From: an uncultured Desulfatitalea sp. | GTDB lineage: Bacteria > Desulfobacterota > Desulfobacteria > Desulfobacterales > Desulfosarcinaceae | Length of the DNA stretch: 64,000 bases | Reading direction: 5' to 3' | NCBI GenBank assembly: GCA_963668675.2 | Contig: CAXXMB010000002.1 | Location: 1,344,001-1,408,000 of the forward strand | Program-made: the position numbers and the translations under genes | The notes under the pieces: generated by a model | The model's database searches: none | What the model was told of the DNA's origin: nothing | What the model saw: only the letters and a program-made list of their open reading frames with translations | Part shown: in pieces, positions 29,981-40,807 of the stretch | Numbering within the stretch: the first letter of the stretch is position 1 | How the letters are laid out: every line of letters starts with the position of its first letter

Positions 29981-30460
29981 TCACCCTCCTTTCGGGTCTT
30001 CTTCATCCAGCATAAGCTCCATGACCTGCCGCTCCAGGCCGCCTGGCAATATGCCGTTAATAACGGCTTCCACGACGATCACACCGGATTCGTTCGTAAA
30101 AACTGCCTCGGCTTTGGCACGACCACTTTCGTCGATATCGCTAATCGTGAAATCACACCTGACGGTGTCACCGAAGTACACTGGTTTCTTGAACCTGAAA
30201 TCCATCCCAGAGGCCAACCAGCCGATCTGCCCCCCGATTTCGGTAATCATACCTGCAACCAGAAGACCGTGACAGATACAAGCATCCAAATTTTTGGCCT
30301 TCGCAAAACGCTCATCAAAATGAACCGGATTGTAGTCACGTGAAATCTCTGCAAAGCGGATCACTTCCTCCTCGCTGAAAGTGCGTTTGGCTGAAAAAGC
30401 GTCACCCACTTTCAACCCTTCAATAGCTTTTCTTCGAATACAGGACATCATTGGCACCAT
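29981..30460 (-). CDS. MaoC-family (R)-enoyl-CoA hydratase-like protein
   Basis: FAEISRDYNPVHFD, ICHGLL, FRFKKPVYFGDTV. Confidence 0.9.
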   Translation of the reverse strand: MVPMMSCIRRKAIEGLKVGDAFSAKRTFSEEEVIRFAEISRDYNPVHFDERFAKAKNLDACICHGLLVAGMITEIGGQIGWLASGMDFRFKKPVYFGDTVRCDFTISDIDESGRAKAEAVFTNESGVIVVEAVINGILPGGLERQVMELMLDEEDPKGG

Positions 30461-30480
30461 CTTTTTTGTAAACCATCTCT

Positions 30481-30615
30481 TGATGCGCTCGTAAAAAGTA
30501 ACTCATACGTCATGCCGGACTTGATCCGGCATCCAGAAGCCATTGAAAAGACTGGATTCTGGCCTTCGCCGGAATGACGGGAAAAGCACTTTTGGGACTT
30601 TTTACGAGCTCATCA
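30481..30615. repeat. MITE/REP-like palindromic element (135 bp)
   Basis: 19-bp terminal inverted repeats (tgatgcgctcgtaaaaagt / actttttacgagctcatca, 1 mismatch) around GTCATGCCGGACTTGATCCGGCATCCAG...CTGGATTCTGGCCTTCGCCGGAATGAC. Confidence 0.8.
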
Positions 30616-30905
30616 TCTCTTTACTGACAAAACTTCTCAATAACAGATAATCGCTATTAGAACCTATCTCAAAAAAGGGATTTGGTTCAAGATCCCGGTA
30701 CCAATATCCTTTTCTTAACTATAGGGGAGGACTGATACAGGCAATGCAACTGTACACAGGCTCAAACAGTTGCATACGAAGTTCATTTGGCAACAGCATC
30801 AGATTTTTCTACTTGGTCAAGCAGAGTTAGTCTATTTAGTCAACAAGGCCCCGTACCGCCCACCGGCGTATGGAACTCAAACCACCGTCAACTCCTGATA
30901 TCACA

Positions 30906-33900
30906 TCAACGCCCCTCCAAATACCGCTTAAGATACCGCGCCGTATGCGACCGCGCCGTCTTTCCCAGCATCTCTCGCGGCGACCCCACCGCCACGACCT
31001 TACCCCCGGCCGCCCCGCCCTCAGGCCCCAGATCCACCAGGTAGTCGGCCGCCTTGATCATCTCCATGTTGTGCTCGATGGTCACCACCGTGTGGCCTTG
31101 ATCGACCAGCCCCTGAAGCACATCGATCAGCAGATGCACATCTGCCAAGTGGAGACCGGTGGTAGGCTCATCCAGAATGTAGAGTGTAGGGCCGTTGGAG
31201 CGCTGGGCCATCTCCCTGGCCAGCTTGATGCGCTGAGCCTCGCCGCCGGACAGGGTTGGGCTCGGCTGGCCGAGCTGCAGATACCCCAGCCCGATGTCGC
31301 ACACGAACTGTACCGCCTGGCGAATGCGCGGAATGGCCGAGAAGAACTGCAACGCCTCGGCAAAGGTCATGCGCAGGACATCGGCCATGGTTTGTCCCTT
31401 GTAGCGCACCGCCAGGGTCTCGGAATTGTAGCGTGCCCCACGGCACACCTCGCACGGCACATAGACATCGGGTAGAAAAGCCATCTCCACCTTTGGGCGC
31501 CCCTGGCCTTTGCAGGCCGGGCAGCGGCCGGCCTCTACATTGAACGAGAAGCGGGAGGCCGAATATCCCCTGGTACGCGCTTCGGGCACCTGCGCAAACA
31601 GATTACGAATGTCGGTCAGAAACCCCACATAGGAGGCCGGCACCGAGCGGGGCGTGCGACCAATAGGTGTATGATCCACCTCAAGCACCCGGGTCAACGC
31701 TTTCCAACCGCTGATATCTTTACAGGTGTCATCCAATCTCTTTTTTCTTCTCAACCGCTGGTACAGCCCTTTGTACAGGGTGGTTTTAATCAGACTGGAC
31801 TTGCCCGAACCGCTCACACCCGTAATGCAGATCAGGCGGTTGAGGGGCAGACGCACATCGATACGCTTCAGGTTGTTGGCCGATGCGCCAACGATCTTCA
31901 TGGCCGGACCTCGACGGCAGGGGCGCATCCGGCTAGTGAGCTCGGATGAGCCCGCCCCCATCACCGCACCGGTGATGGAGGTGGGCACCCGCCGCAGATC
32001 GTCCAGGCTGCCCATGGCCACCACCTCACCTCCGTTGGCACCGGCCCCGGGGCCCAAATCGATCACCGTGTCGGCCGCCCGGATGGTCTCCTCGTCGTGC
32101 TCTACGACGATGATGGTGTTGCCGCGATCGCGCAGCTCGCCCAGCGCATCCACCAGAATGTGGTTGTCCCTGGCGTGCAGACCGATGGTGGGTTCGTCCA
32201 AAATGTAGGTTACCCCGGTCAGATTGGAGCCGAGTTGGGCGGCCAGGCGCACGCGTTGGGCCTCGCCCCCCGACAGGGTGTTGCCCGAACGCGACAGGGC
32301 CAGATAGCCGAGCCCCAGCCGGTTCATCAATGCCAACCGGGTCTTGAGTTCAGTCACGATAGGATCGGCCAGGGGCCGCTGGTGATCGGGAAAGGCCAAC
32401 CGCTCCAGCGCAGGCAGCAAATCAGCCGCAGGCTGCTTGACCAGGTCCCATATGGTTTGCCCCTGGACCCGAACCGACAGGGCCTCGGGCCGCAATCGAC
32501 TGCCGTGGCATTCAGCACAAATTGTTGCGCGCTCCCCCTCCTCATGCTCATCCACACCGACCACCCCCAGCCCATCGCAGCTGCGGCATGCGCCCTGGGG
32601 AGAATTGAACGAGAAGAGCCGCGGATCGCCCTGTACCGCCCCGACACCGCACGACGGGCAGCGGCCGTGGACGCTGAACATCTCCTCGCTCCCGCTTTTG
32701 GGGTCGTAGACGATCAAGCTGCCGTTCCCCTCCTTCAAGGCATCGGTTACGATATGCGCCAGACGCTGTGCGGCGCCGCGCCCCTTGGGCGTCTGCCCCA
32801 CCACCAGATCGATGTAATGGTCATGGTAGCGGGTCAGGGCCATGCCCGCCTTGAGATCGACCACCTCTCCGTCGATGCGCGCCTGCCGGTATCCCATCTT
32901 GATCGCCCGGGCCAAAAGATCCTTATGAAATCCCTTGCGCCCAGAGATTTGGGGGGCCAGGAGCAGCACCTGTCGCCGGCCGTAACGGGCCGCAATCTGA
33001 CCCTTCAGGTCGCCGGCGCTCTGCCGCGACAACGCTCGGTGGCATCCCGGGCAATAGGAGGTGCCCAGTTTGGAGAAGAGCAGCCTCAGGAAGTGGTAGA
33101 TTTCGGTCAAGGTCGCCACGGTGGATCGGCGGCTGCTGTGGCTGATACGCTGCTCGATGGCCACGGTGGGCGACAGGCCGGTGACCAGGTCCACCTCGGG
33201 CCGTTCGAGAATCTTCATGTACTGACGCACATAGGGCGCCAAACTCTCCAGGTAACGGCGCTGCCCCTCGGCAAAGAGGATGTCGAAGGCCAGGGTCGAC
33301 TTACCCGACCCGCTCACGCCGGTGAAGACCACCAACTGGTTGTGGGGCACGGCCAGGTCCACATTTTTCAAATTGTGCTCCCGGGCCCCGCGGACATGGA
33401 TGGCTTGACCATTGCCTGAAGGAGTCGGCGTTTTGACACGCGTTACAATCTTTTCTACACCGCCCTTCAAATAGGGTTGCAGGAATCGTCCCGTGTGTGA
33501 TTCCGATTCAGCGGCGATCTTCTCCGGCGGACCGGCCACCACCACCCGCCCACCATTATCACCCCCTTCAGGCCCCAAATCGATCACCCAATCGGCCGAT
33601 TTGATCACGTCCAGGTGGTGTTCGATGATCAGGATGCTGTTGCCCTCGTCCACCAGGCGCTGCAACACGCGAAGCAAAGTGGCGACATCCTCCAGATGCA
33701 GGCCGGTGGTGGGTTCGTCGAAGATCAGCAGTCGGTCCGGGCGGCCGGCGCCCAGGTAGCGCGACAACTTGAGCCGCTGGGCTTCACCGCCGGAAAAGGT
33801 GGAGATCGGCTGCCCCAGGCGCAGGTATCCCAAGCCCACATCCACCAGTGGCTGGAGGGCGGCAATGATTTTAGGCTGATCCTCGAAGAAGAGCAGGGCT

Positions 33901-36197
33901 TGATCCACCGTCAATTGAAGAATCTGGTGGATGTTGTGCTTCCGGTAGGTCACCTCCAGCACCTCGGGTTTGAAACGCTGCCCCCTGCAATCAGGGCAGG
34001 AGACGAGCACATCGGAGAGAAACTGCATCTCGATCTTCTCGAAGCCCTCCCCCTTGCAGGTGTCGCAGCGCCCCACCGCGACATTAAAAGAGAAGTGTCC
34101 CGGACCAAAGCCCCTCTTGCCGGCACTCTCCGTGGCCGCCAACAGTTTGCGGATCGGATCCATCGCCTTGGTGTAGGTGAGCACATTGGCCCGTGGGGTG
34201 CGACCGATGGGCCGCTGGTCCACCAGTTCGACCCGTTGAATCCGGTCGCCGCCATCGATGCGGCGGAACTTGCCCGGCCGGCCCTGTCCCTCGCCAAGCT
34301 GCCGCTTGAGCCCCTTGTAGAGAATCTCTTCGGCCAACGTGGATTTACCCGAACCGCTCACGCCGGTCAGACAGACCAGCACCCCCAGAGGCAGACGCAC
34401 ATCGATCTGTTGCAAGTTGTGCTCGGCGGCGCCCCGGATGGTTAACCAATGGCCGCGCTTAGGAGATCTGCGCTGCTGCGGCAGTTCAATCGCGCGCTTG
34501 CCGGAGAGATACTGGCCGGTCAACGATCCGTCGGCCTCGGCCAGCGGTCCGAAGAACATTACCTGGCCACCCTGCTCACCGGCTCGCGGTCCCAGATCGA
34601 GAAGAAAATCGGCCGAACGGATGATGGCCGGATCGTGCTCGACCACCACGATGGTGTTGGGCAGATCACGCAGCCGCTGCAAAATCCGGGTCAGGCGCTC
34701 GTTGTCCCTGGGGTGCAGGCCGATGCTCGGTTCATCCAAAACATAGAGCGTGTTGACCAGCGATGCGCCCAGGGCCGAGGCCAGGGCCACCCGTTGCACC
34801 TCGCCGCCCGACAGAGTGCGCGACTGTCTATCCAGGGTAAGATAGCCCAACCCAACATCCTTCAGGTAACGCAAACGCCCCAGAATCTCTTCGAGCACCA
34901 GCCCGGTGGCCTCGTCCCAACTGCTGCCGGGCAGCACCTCGAAATAGGCCAGGGCCTGATCCACATTGAATGCGTACAACTCTGCAACGGTGCGACCCGC
35001 CACATGGTAGAGCAGCGTCTCGGGCTTGAAACGCGTACCGTCGCACTCCGTACAGATATCGTAGCTGCGGTAGCGAGACAGAAAAACCCGCACGTGCATC
35101 TTATAGCTTCGGCTCTCCAGCCATTGGAAAAACCCTCGAATGCCGTAATAGCTTTCGGTCCCCTCGATGATGGCTTTGCGTTGTCCCTCCGGGAGTCGAC
35201 TGAACGGCTTGTCCATGGGGATACCGGCCTTGCGGCAGAACTTGTTCAGGTCCCTGTATTCGAATCGGGCCTCCTCAACTCCGCCAAACGGTTTGATGGC
35301 CCCCTGATCCAGGGAGAGTTCGCCATCGGGAATGATCAGGTCCAGATCCATATCGATAACCCGACCGAAGCCGCGGCAGGTCTCGCAGGCCCCCAGCGGA
35401 CTGTTAAACGAGAAGAGGTTGGGCAGCGGCGGCGTATAGTCGATGTCACAAGCGGCGCAATGCAGCCGATTGGAAAAGGAGTGGCGCCCACCCCCATCTA
35501 TCCAGACATCGACACGGCCGCCGCCAAAACGAAAAGCCGTCTCCAGCGAGTCGACCAAGCGCTGTTGCTGGCCGCTCCCCGCCTCAGTGCGGTCGGCCAC
35601 CACAGACAGGGTCTTCTCACAAGCCTTGCCAGACAGTTCGTTCAACTCCTGAACACTCTCACCGCTCCATATGCGGTCATACCCCATCCGCATCAACTCC
35701 TTGCGACCGGCAATGACATCTTCCCCGCAATGAAAAGGAAAGGTGATCACCAGGCGCCGCCCATCAGCCTCCCTATTCAAACGACGGGCGATCTGCTCGG
35801 GCGCATCGGGCCGGACCGGCTGCCCGCAACTCCGGCAGCGCAAGACCCCTTGACGGGCGAAAAGCAACTTCACGTAGTCGGTCAGCTCGGTCATGGTACC
35901 CACCGACGAGCGCGAGGTACGCACCGGGTCCTTGCGGTCGATGGCAATGGCCGGCGGAACCCCGAGGATCTGATCCACCTGCGGCCGGTCCATACGGTCC
36001 ATAAATTGACGTGCATAGGGAGAGAACGTCTCTACATAGCGACGCTGGCCCTCGGCATAGAGCGTGTCGAAAGCCAGGGAAGATTTGCCCGAACCGCTCA
36101 CACCTGTGACCACGGTGAGCCGGTTGAGGGGGATGTCCAGATCGAACCCTTTGAGATTGTTCTGGCGGACGCCGCGCAGTTGAATCGATGGTGCCAT
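30906..36197 (-). CDS. uvrA: Excinuclease ABC subunit A, tandem double-length form (1763 aa)
   Basis: Four GVSGSGKS Walker A motifs, four SGGE signature motifs, repeated zinc-finger CxxC pairs, two AEGQRRY segments. Confidence 0.95.
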   Translation of the reverse strand: MAPSIQLRGVRQNNLKGFDLDIPLNRLTVVTGVSGSGKSSLAFDTLYAEGQRRYVETFSPYARQFMDRMDRPQVDQILGVPPAIAIDRKDPVRTSRSSVGTMTELTDYVKLLFARQGVLRCRSCGQPVRPDAPEQIARRLNREADGRRLVITFPFHCGEDVIAGRKELMRMGYDRIWSGESVQELNELSGKACEKTLSVVADRTEAGSGQQQRLVDSLETAFRFGGGRVDVWIDGGGRHSFSNRLHCAACDIDYTPPLPNLFSFNSPLGACETCRGFGRVIDMDLDLIIPDGELSLDQGAIKPFGGVEEARFEYRDLNKFCRKAGIPMDKPFSRLPEGQRKAIIEGTESYYGIRGFFQWLESRSYKMHVRVFLSRYRSYDICTECDGTRFKPETLLYHVAGRTVAELYAFNVDQALAYFEVLPGSSWDEATGLVLEEILGRLRYLKDVGLGYLTLDRQSRTLSGGEVQRVALASALGASLVNTLYVLDEPSIGLHPRDNERLTRILQRLRDLPNTIVVVEHDPAIIRSADFLLDLGPRAGEQGGQVMFFGPLAEADGSLTGQYLSGKRAIELPQQRRSPKRGHWLTIRGAAEHNLQQIDVRLPLGVLVCLTGVSGSGKSTLAEEILYKGLKRQLGEGQGRPGKFRRIDGGDRIQRVELVDQRPIGRTPRANVLTYTKAMDPIRKLLAATESAGKRGFGPGHFSFNVAVGRCDTCKGEGFEKIEMQFLSDVLVSCPDCRGQRFKPEVLEVTYRKHNIHQILQLTVDQALLFFEDQPKIIAALQPLVDVGLGYLRLGQPISTFSGGEAQRLKLSRYLGAGRPDRLLIFDEPTTGLHLEDVATLLRVLQRLVDEGNSILIIEHHLDVIKSADWVIDLGPEGGDNGGRVVVAGPPEKIAAESESHTGRFLQPYLKGGVEKIVTRVKTPTPSGNGQAIHVRGAREHNLKNVDLAVPHNQLVVFTGVSGSGKSTLAFDILFAEGQRRYLESLAPYVRQYMKILERPEVDLVTGLSPTVAIEQRISHSSRRSTVATLTEIYHFLRLLFSKLGTSYCPGCHRALSRQSAGDLKGQIAARYGRRQVLLLAPQISGRKGFHKDLLARAIKMGYRQARIDGEVVDLKAGMALTRYHDHYIDLVVGQTPKGRGAAQRLAHIVTDALKEGNGSLIVYDPKSGSEEMFSVHGRCPSCGVGAVQGDPRLFSFNSPQGACRSCDGLGVVGVDEHEEGERATICAECHGSRLRPEALSVRVQGQTIWDLVKQPAADLLPALERLAFPDHQRPLADPIVTELKTRLALMNRLGLGYLALSRSGNTLSGGEAQRVRLAAQLGSNLTGVTYILDEPTIGLHARDNHILVDALGELRDRGNTIIVVEHDEETIRAADTVIDLGPGAGANGGEVVAMGSLDDLRRVPTSITGAVMGAGSSELTSRMRPCRRGPAMKIVGASANNLKRIDVRLPLNRLICITGVSGSGKSSLIKTTLYKGLYQRLRRKKRLDDTCKDISGWKALTRVLEVDHTPIGRTPRSVPASYVGFLTDIRNLFAQVPEARTRGYSASRFSFNVEAGRCPACKGQGRPKVEMAFLPDVYVPCEVCRGARYNSETLAVRYKGQTMADVLRMTFAEALQFFSAIPRIRQAVQFVCDIGLGYLQLGQPSPTLSGGEAQRIKLAREMAQRSNGPTLYILDEPTTGLHLADVHLLIDVLQGLVDQGHTVVTIEHNMEMIKAADYLVDLGPEGGAAGGKVVAVGSPREMLGKTARSHTARYLKRYLEGR

Positions 36198-36458
36198 TTA
36201 TCCGTCCTTTGCAATTTCTGAAAATACAGGAGCGCTTCAGCTTATCCGACGAACCACCAATATAAGGCAGAATACTGAATTGGCACTGCCGGCCATTTCA
36301 CTTTAAGTCAACCGGCATTCAACCGAATCACCGGATCATTGCTGTTATCGAGCAATTTGACTTCCGTGCAGGGTTATCGTATTTTGGCGCGCTTTAGACA
36401 GTGACATCCGAACCGGTATGAGTATCCAATAAACACTCCTGCTGCGAACAAGTTTGAA

Positions 36459-37082
36459 ATGGGGCAGTTGATAAACTTCTTGAGGGAATACTTCTGCGGG
36501 ATGAATGGTTTGACCGAGATCCGACCGGAGTTGAATACGGCCAACCTGCGCCGGGTCATCACTCTTCTGATCGCCGTATCATGCTTGGCAACGGCTGTTC
36601 CTTCCACCGTCTGTGCCGATGACGATGGGTGGTTTTCCGCCGGGGTTCGCGGGGGCGTCGGCAAATCCCGCAAAAGCGAACCGTTTTCCAAATATGAAGC
36701 CTATCTCGCCTATGGTTTTTCGCCATTTTGGGAATCGAAAACCAAATGGGCGCTCGGGCCTTCTATAGGCGCCAGTGCAGGAAAACTGGTTTGTGAGATG
36801 GATGCCTTCGCCGGATCGGCGGGAGGGGGCCTCTATCTGGTCTCTCCGAGCAAGCAGCTGTCGATTACCCTGACGCTCTACGCCACCTATATCGACCGAT
36901 GGTTGTTTCCCAATGTGCATCTCGGCGGACCGCTCCAGTTTACATCGAATCTGGGGTTCCACTACTCTTTTTCCAGATCCGTCATCATCGGATACAACTA
37001 TGAACACATTTCCAACGCAGGTTTCTACGATTATAACCCCGGTATCAATAACCACCTGATTGAGCTACAGTACCGTTTCTGA
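36459..37082 (+). CDS. PagL-like / acyloxyacyl hydrolase outer-membrane beta-barrel
   Basis: Signal-like segment; C-terminal YEHISNAGFYDYNPGIN and terminal YRF; start uncertain. Confidence 0.75.
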   Translation: MGQLINFLREYFCGMNGLTEIRPELNTANLRRVITLLIAVSCLATAVPSTVCADDDGWFSAGVRGGVGKSRKSEPFSKYEAYLAYGFSPFWESKTKWALGPSIGASAGKLVCEMDAFAGSAGGGLYLVSPSKQLSITLTLYATYIDRWLFPNVHLGGPLQFTSNLGFHYSFSRSVIIGYNYEHISNAGFYDYNPGINNHLIELQYRF

Positions 37083-37127
37083 AACCCGATGTGGCCCGAT
37101 TGTGGTCCGTATGAGGCAGCCCGTGTC

Positions 37128-38270
37128 TCACCGCAGCCCGGCATCGGAGGCGGCATCCAATAGTGCTCGCCAAGCCTCCTTTTCAACGCTGTCGGCATAA
37201 CGCAGCCCCAACGTCGCCAGATACTCCCTGAAATTGTCGCCGGAGACCCCGTAGTAGCCCACCAGCGTATCCACCAGGCCATCGGAGAGGTCGTGAAGCA
37301 AAAACAGATTGAGAAACGGGATGGCGCCGTCGCTGTCGACCCAGGCGGTGAAGACGTGGCTGACAAATTCCGCCTGGCTCGCCTCCGAGCTGCCGAGCAC
37401 TGTCGAGGCCGGATAGCCAACCTCCTGCAGCACAAGAGGCTTTCCGGCCGCAAACTGAATCAACGCCGGAAAATCCGAAAGCGGCCGTTTGGAAGGCCTC
37501 ACCGTGAAATCAGGTTGCAACGGGTAGTAGGTGGCAATCACCACATCACTGCAACGGTTAAGATCATACCACGTCATGGCGTCGACGCCGAGCAAAGCGT
37601 CCGAGGTAATCGTAACCCCAACCGCCACTCCCGGGAAATGGGTGTGAAGGTAGTCGACCGCATCCGCATAAAAGCTCGTGTAAGCCGATAGCTCCGAGGC
37701 ATGGATTCCGGTAAAATAGCCATCCACCTCATTACCAATGGAGATGAAGGCAACCCGCCCCTGCATCAAAGGAATCAGCTGATCCAGAAGGGCATGCATG
37801 CGGCTGATCATGGTCGCTGAGTTCCACGCTTGATTGACCAGATCGGACGGCACCGCCCGGGCCACCGTATTGATCACCTGAAGCCCTACCAGCACGGTGA
37901 GATTTTCATCCTCGGCATGCGCCATCGTGTCGCTGAAATTTTGCAGCTCATAGTCCCCGGCACTCGGCTCCAACTCGCTCCAGGTGTAGGAACTGAACTG
38001 ACCGTTTACGCCGGCCAACTGAGCCAGAACGAACGCATCCAAATAGCGCTCCAGTATCTCATTTGAATCAGTCGTGGCAGGTTCGGTCTGGACGCTTGCA
38101 GAGATCGAAAAAATCCCAGACGGATCCGTGGACGGCTCTCCAGGTAGCTCTTCGTCATTCCCAGCGCCGCCGCACCCCATCAAAAACACAGCGAGTCCAA
38201 TCGCCAAAATTAACCGCGCCCCAATGCATCGAATATTCCAGATCATGCCTGCGCCCTTTCTCCGACTCAT
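37128..38270 (-). CDS. Lipoprotein with clan GH-A-like glycoside hydrolase TIM barrel
   Basis: FLMGC lipobox; ISIGNEVD and LQEVGYP motifs. Confidence 0.7.
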   Translation of the reverse strand: MSRRKGAGMIWNIRCIGARLILAIGLAVFLMGCGGAGNDEELPGEPSTDPSGIFSISASVQTEPATTDSNEILERYLDAFVLAQLAGVNGQFSSYTWSELEPSAGDYELQNFSDTMAHAEDENLTVLVGLQVINTVARAVPSDLVNQAWNSATMISRMHALLDQLIPLMQGRVAFISIGNEVDGYFTGIHASELSAYTSFYADAVDYLHTHFPGVAVGVTITSDALLGVDAMTWYDLNRCSDVVIATYYPLQPDFTVRPSKRPLSDFPALIQFAAGKPLVLQEVGYPASTVLGSSEASQAEFVSHVFTAWVDSDGAIPFLNLFLLHDLSDGLVDTLVGYYGVSGDNFREYLATLGLRYADSVEKEAWRALLDAASDAGLR

Positions 38271-38374
38271 GCCTTACCCTTCAAACACCGCCTTGCGGTC
38301 GTTCGTTGAACACCAATTGCTCGAAAATCATTTTCTTTCAAGATACCTCATAAAGGTTTAGTTGTTTGCGGAAC

Positions 38375-39136
38375 TCAGGTCGTCAATGCCCCCCCATCCA
38401 CATAAATGGTATGTCCAGTCATATAGCTCGCCTCATCCGAAGCCAGAAAAAGCACGGCCGGGACGATCTCCTCCGGTTCGCCGATACGCCCCATGGGCAG
38501 CAGAGAGGTGACATGCTTCTCGATATCCGGGTTGGACCAGATCGGCTTGCTGAAATCGGTCCGCGTCAACCCCGGCCCCACCGCATTGACCTGGATACCA
38601 AACGCCGCCCACTCCCGCGCCATGCAGCGGGTGAGCATCTTCAAAGCGGCTTTACTACACCCGTAGGCGGCCATCCCCAACTCGGCCTTTTCAGCGCCAA
38701 CGGTCGTGATATTGATAATCCGGCCGCTCTTCTGCTCCATCATCTGACGCGCCACCGCCCGGCTCAAAAGCCACACCGCCTTTACGTTGGTATCGAACAC
38801 CTTGTCCCAGCCATCCTCGCGCAGATCCATCAGGCTGCGCAAAAAGCTGCGGGCCGCGTTGTTCACCAGAATGTCGATGCGGCCATACTTCTTTATGGTC
38901 TCGGCAGCAAGCTGTTCGAGCTGGCTGCCGTCGGTCAAATCCGTCACCATGGGCAATGCGTCGCCCCCGGCCGCCCGAATCTCCTCGGCCACGGCATTGA
39001 CCTGCTCTGCCGTTCGACTGGCGACGACCACCGATGTACCCGCTTTGGCCAAACCCAGTGCAATCGCCCGGCCGATTCCTCTTCCGCCGCCGGTTACAAT
39101 GGCGACTTTGCCCGCAAAATTGAAGGTGGTACTCAT
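38375..39136 (-). CDS. Classical short-chain dehydrogenase/reductase
   Basis: VTGGGRGIG, DILVNNA, YGCSK, VNAVGPG, YVDGG. Confidence 0.95.
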   Translation of the reverse strand: MSTTFNFAGKVAIVTGGGRGIGRAIALGLAKAGTSVVVASRTAEQVNAVAEEIRAAGGDALPMVTDLTDGSQLEQLAAETIKKYGRIDILVNNAARSFLRSLMDLREDGWDKVFDTNVKAVWLLSRAVARQMMEQKSGRIINITTVGAEKAELGMAAYGCSKAALKMLTRCMAREWAAFGIQVNAVGPGLTRTDFSKPIWSNPDIEKHVTSLLPMGRIGEPEEIVPAVLFLASDEASYMTGHTIYVDGGALTT

Positions 39137-39223
39137 GCTGGTCTCCTTTCTTTTATGTGTGGGTGAATCGATTCAACCCCTCCTGGGTAATTTCAGCACG
39201 TTGGAAATATCACGCTATCGTCT

Positions 39224-40513
39224 TTACCCGAACAGATAGAGACACGCCACGATAGCACCGACGACGCCGGCCACATCGGCCGTCAGGGCCGCCGCCAGGG
39301 TGTGGCGGATGCGCCTGATCTGGACGGCGCCGTAGTAGACGGCCAGCACATAGAACGTGGTCTCGGTGGACCCCTGCAAGGTGCTGACCAGGTATCCGGC
39401 ATAGCTGTCCGGCCCGATGCTCGGATCGTTAATAATGGCCGCCATGATGCCGTATGCGCCCGATCCGGAAAGGGGCCGCATCAGGGCCATGGGCAGCGCC
39501 TCGGCCGGCAATCCCAACGGCGCGGTGACGGCGCCCAGCACCCCCACCAAAACATCCATAGCGCCTGAAGCCCGCAACATCCCCACCGCCACCAGTATGG
39601 CCACCAGATAGGGAATAATGCGCAAGGCCACCTGAAACCCCTCCTTGGCCCCCTCGACCAACACTTCATAAACACGTACCCGGCGGATAGCGCCAAAGGC
39701 CAGGAAAAATAGCATCAGGCCGGGCACGATCCACGGGGAGACGGCTTGGCCAAAGAGGATAGCCAGAGGCACCATCGCACCCAAAGCCGCCAGGGCGGCA
39801 ATGCTGACCCAAAGCGGGTAGGCCTCCCTCTGATCATCGACCGGATCATCGGCCAACGCCTTGCTCTCATACGATCTCTCTTCCGCTTGATTTTCCACCG
39901 CCTGTAACGGTGCCAGGCGACGATAGAGCTTGGCGGCAATGATGGCGACGGTCGTGGAACAGATGGTGGCAAAAAGGGTGGTCGGCAAAATCCCGGCCGG
40001 GTCCGTCGAACCGGCGGCCGCCCGGATGGCGATCACCCCCGTGGGCAACAGCGTGATGGAGGAGGTGTTGATGGCCAGAAAGAGCGCCATGGCATCGGTG
40101 GACGTACCTTTGCGCGGATTGAGCTTGTCCAGCTCCTGCATGGCCCGGATGCCGAACGGCGTGGCCGCATTGCCCAAGCCGAGGGCGTTGGCCGACAGGT
40201 TAAGGATCATCGCCCCCATGGCCGGATGATCGGCAGGCACATCAGGGAACAGGCGCACCATCAACGGCCGGATCAGACGCGCCAGGATTTTGAGCATACC
40301 ACCGGCCTCGGCCACCTTCATCAACCCCAAAAAGAGGGTCATGACGCCCACCAGGCCGATGGCCAGATCGACAGCCCCGGCCGCCGCCTCGATCATCGCC
40401 GTGGAGAGGGCCGACATGGGCGCTACCACCCCATCCACCGGCATCCATGTCAACTGGCGCCAGGCGGCAAACGCAAAGGCTACACCGACCATGGCAAGAA
40501 AAACAATATTCAT
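39224..40513 (-). CDS. Fused SpmA/SpmB (nucleoside recognition Gate domain) membrane protein
   Basis: ANALGLGNAATPFGIRAMQEL, LMRPLSGSGA, GSTETTFYVLAVYYG; ATG 40513 preferred. Confidence 0.9.
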   Translation of the reverse strand: MNIVFLAMVGVAFAFAAWRQLTWMPVDGVVAPMSALSTAMIEAAAGAVDLAIGLVGVMTLFLGLMKVAEAGGMLKILARLIRPLMVRLFPDVPADHPAMGAMILNLSANALGLGNAATPFGIRAMQELDKLNPRKGTSTDAMALFLAINTSSITLLPTGVIAIRAAAGSTDPAGILPTTLFATICSTTVAIIAAKLYRRLAPLQAVENQAEERSYESKALADDPVDDQREAYPLWVSIAALAALGAMVPLAILFGQAVSPWIVPGLMLFFLAFGAIRRVRVYEVLVEGAKEGFQVALRIIPYLVAILVAVGMLRASGAMDVLVGVLGAVTAPLGLPAEALPMALMRPLSGSGAYGIMAAIINDPSIGPDSYAGYLVSTLQGSTETTFYVLAVYYGAVQIRRIRHTLAAALTADVAGVVGAIVACLYLFG

Positions 40514-40807
40514 AGCAGACCGTTTCAGAAGGTTAACCTGCATGCTGCAAATCGCCGGGCGAAACACTGGAGCTCAGCAGGCTGTTCGTGTCCTTCTCTT
40601 TTACCTCATCAGCGCCGATTCTTCAATTTTCATCTCCAGTCCACCCGGTTCGAAAACCGCAAGAAACACCATATTCTTCCTTCGAACCAGCTTGATGTGG
40701 CGCCAGTTCATCATCACGATGCACACCTTTTGCAAAATCGCCATCAGTAGGATATGGGTGAATAAAACTCAAACCCATCCGGAAACGATCGCGGGAGCGG
40801 CAACCAC

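Noticed and set aside
29766..30272. 168-aa plus-strand ORF
   Set aside because: Overlaps the tRNA-Trp and maoC genes on the opposite strand
34449..36221. 590-aa plus-strand ORF (and 32097-33419)
   Set aside because: Antisense shadow of uvrA, typical of GC-rich coding DNA
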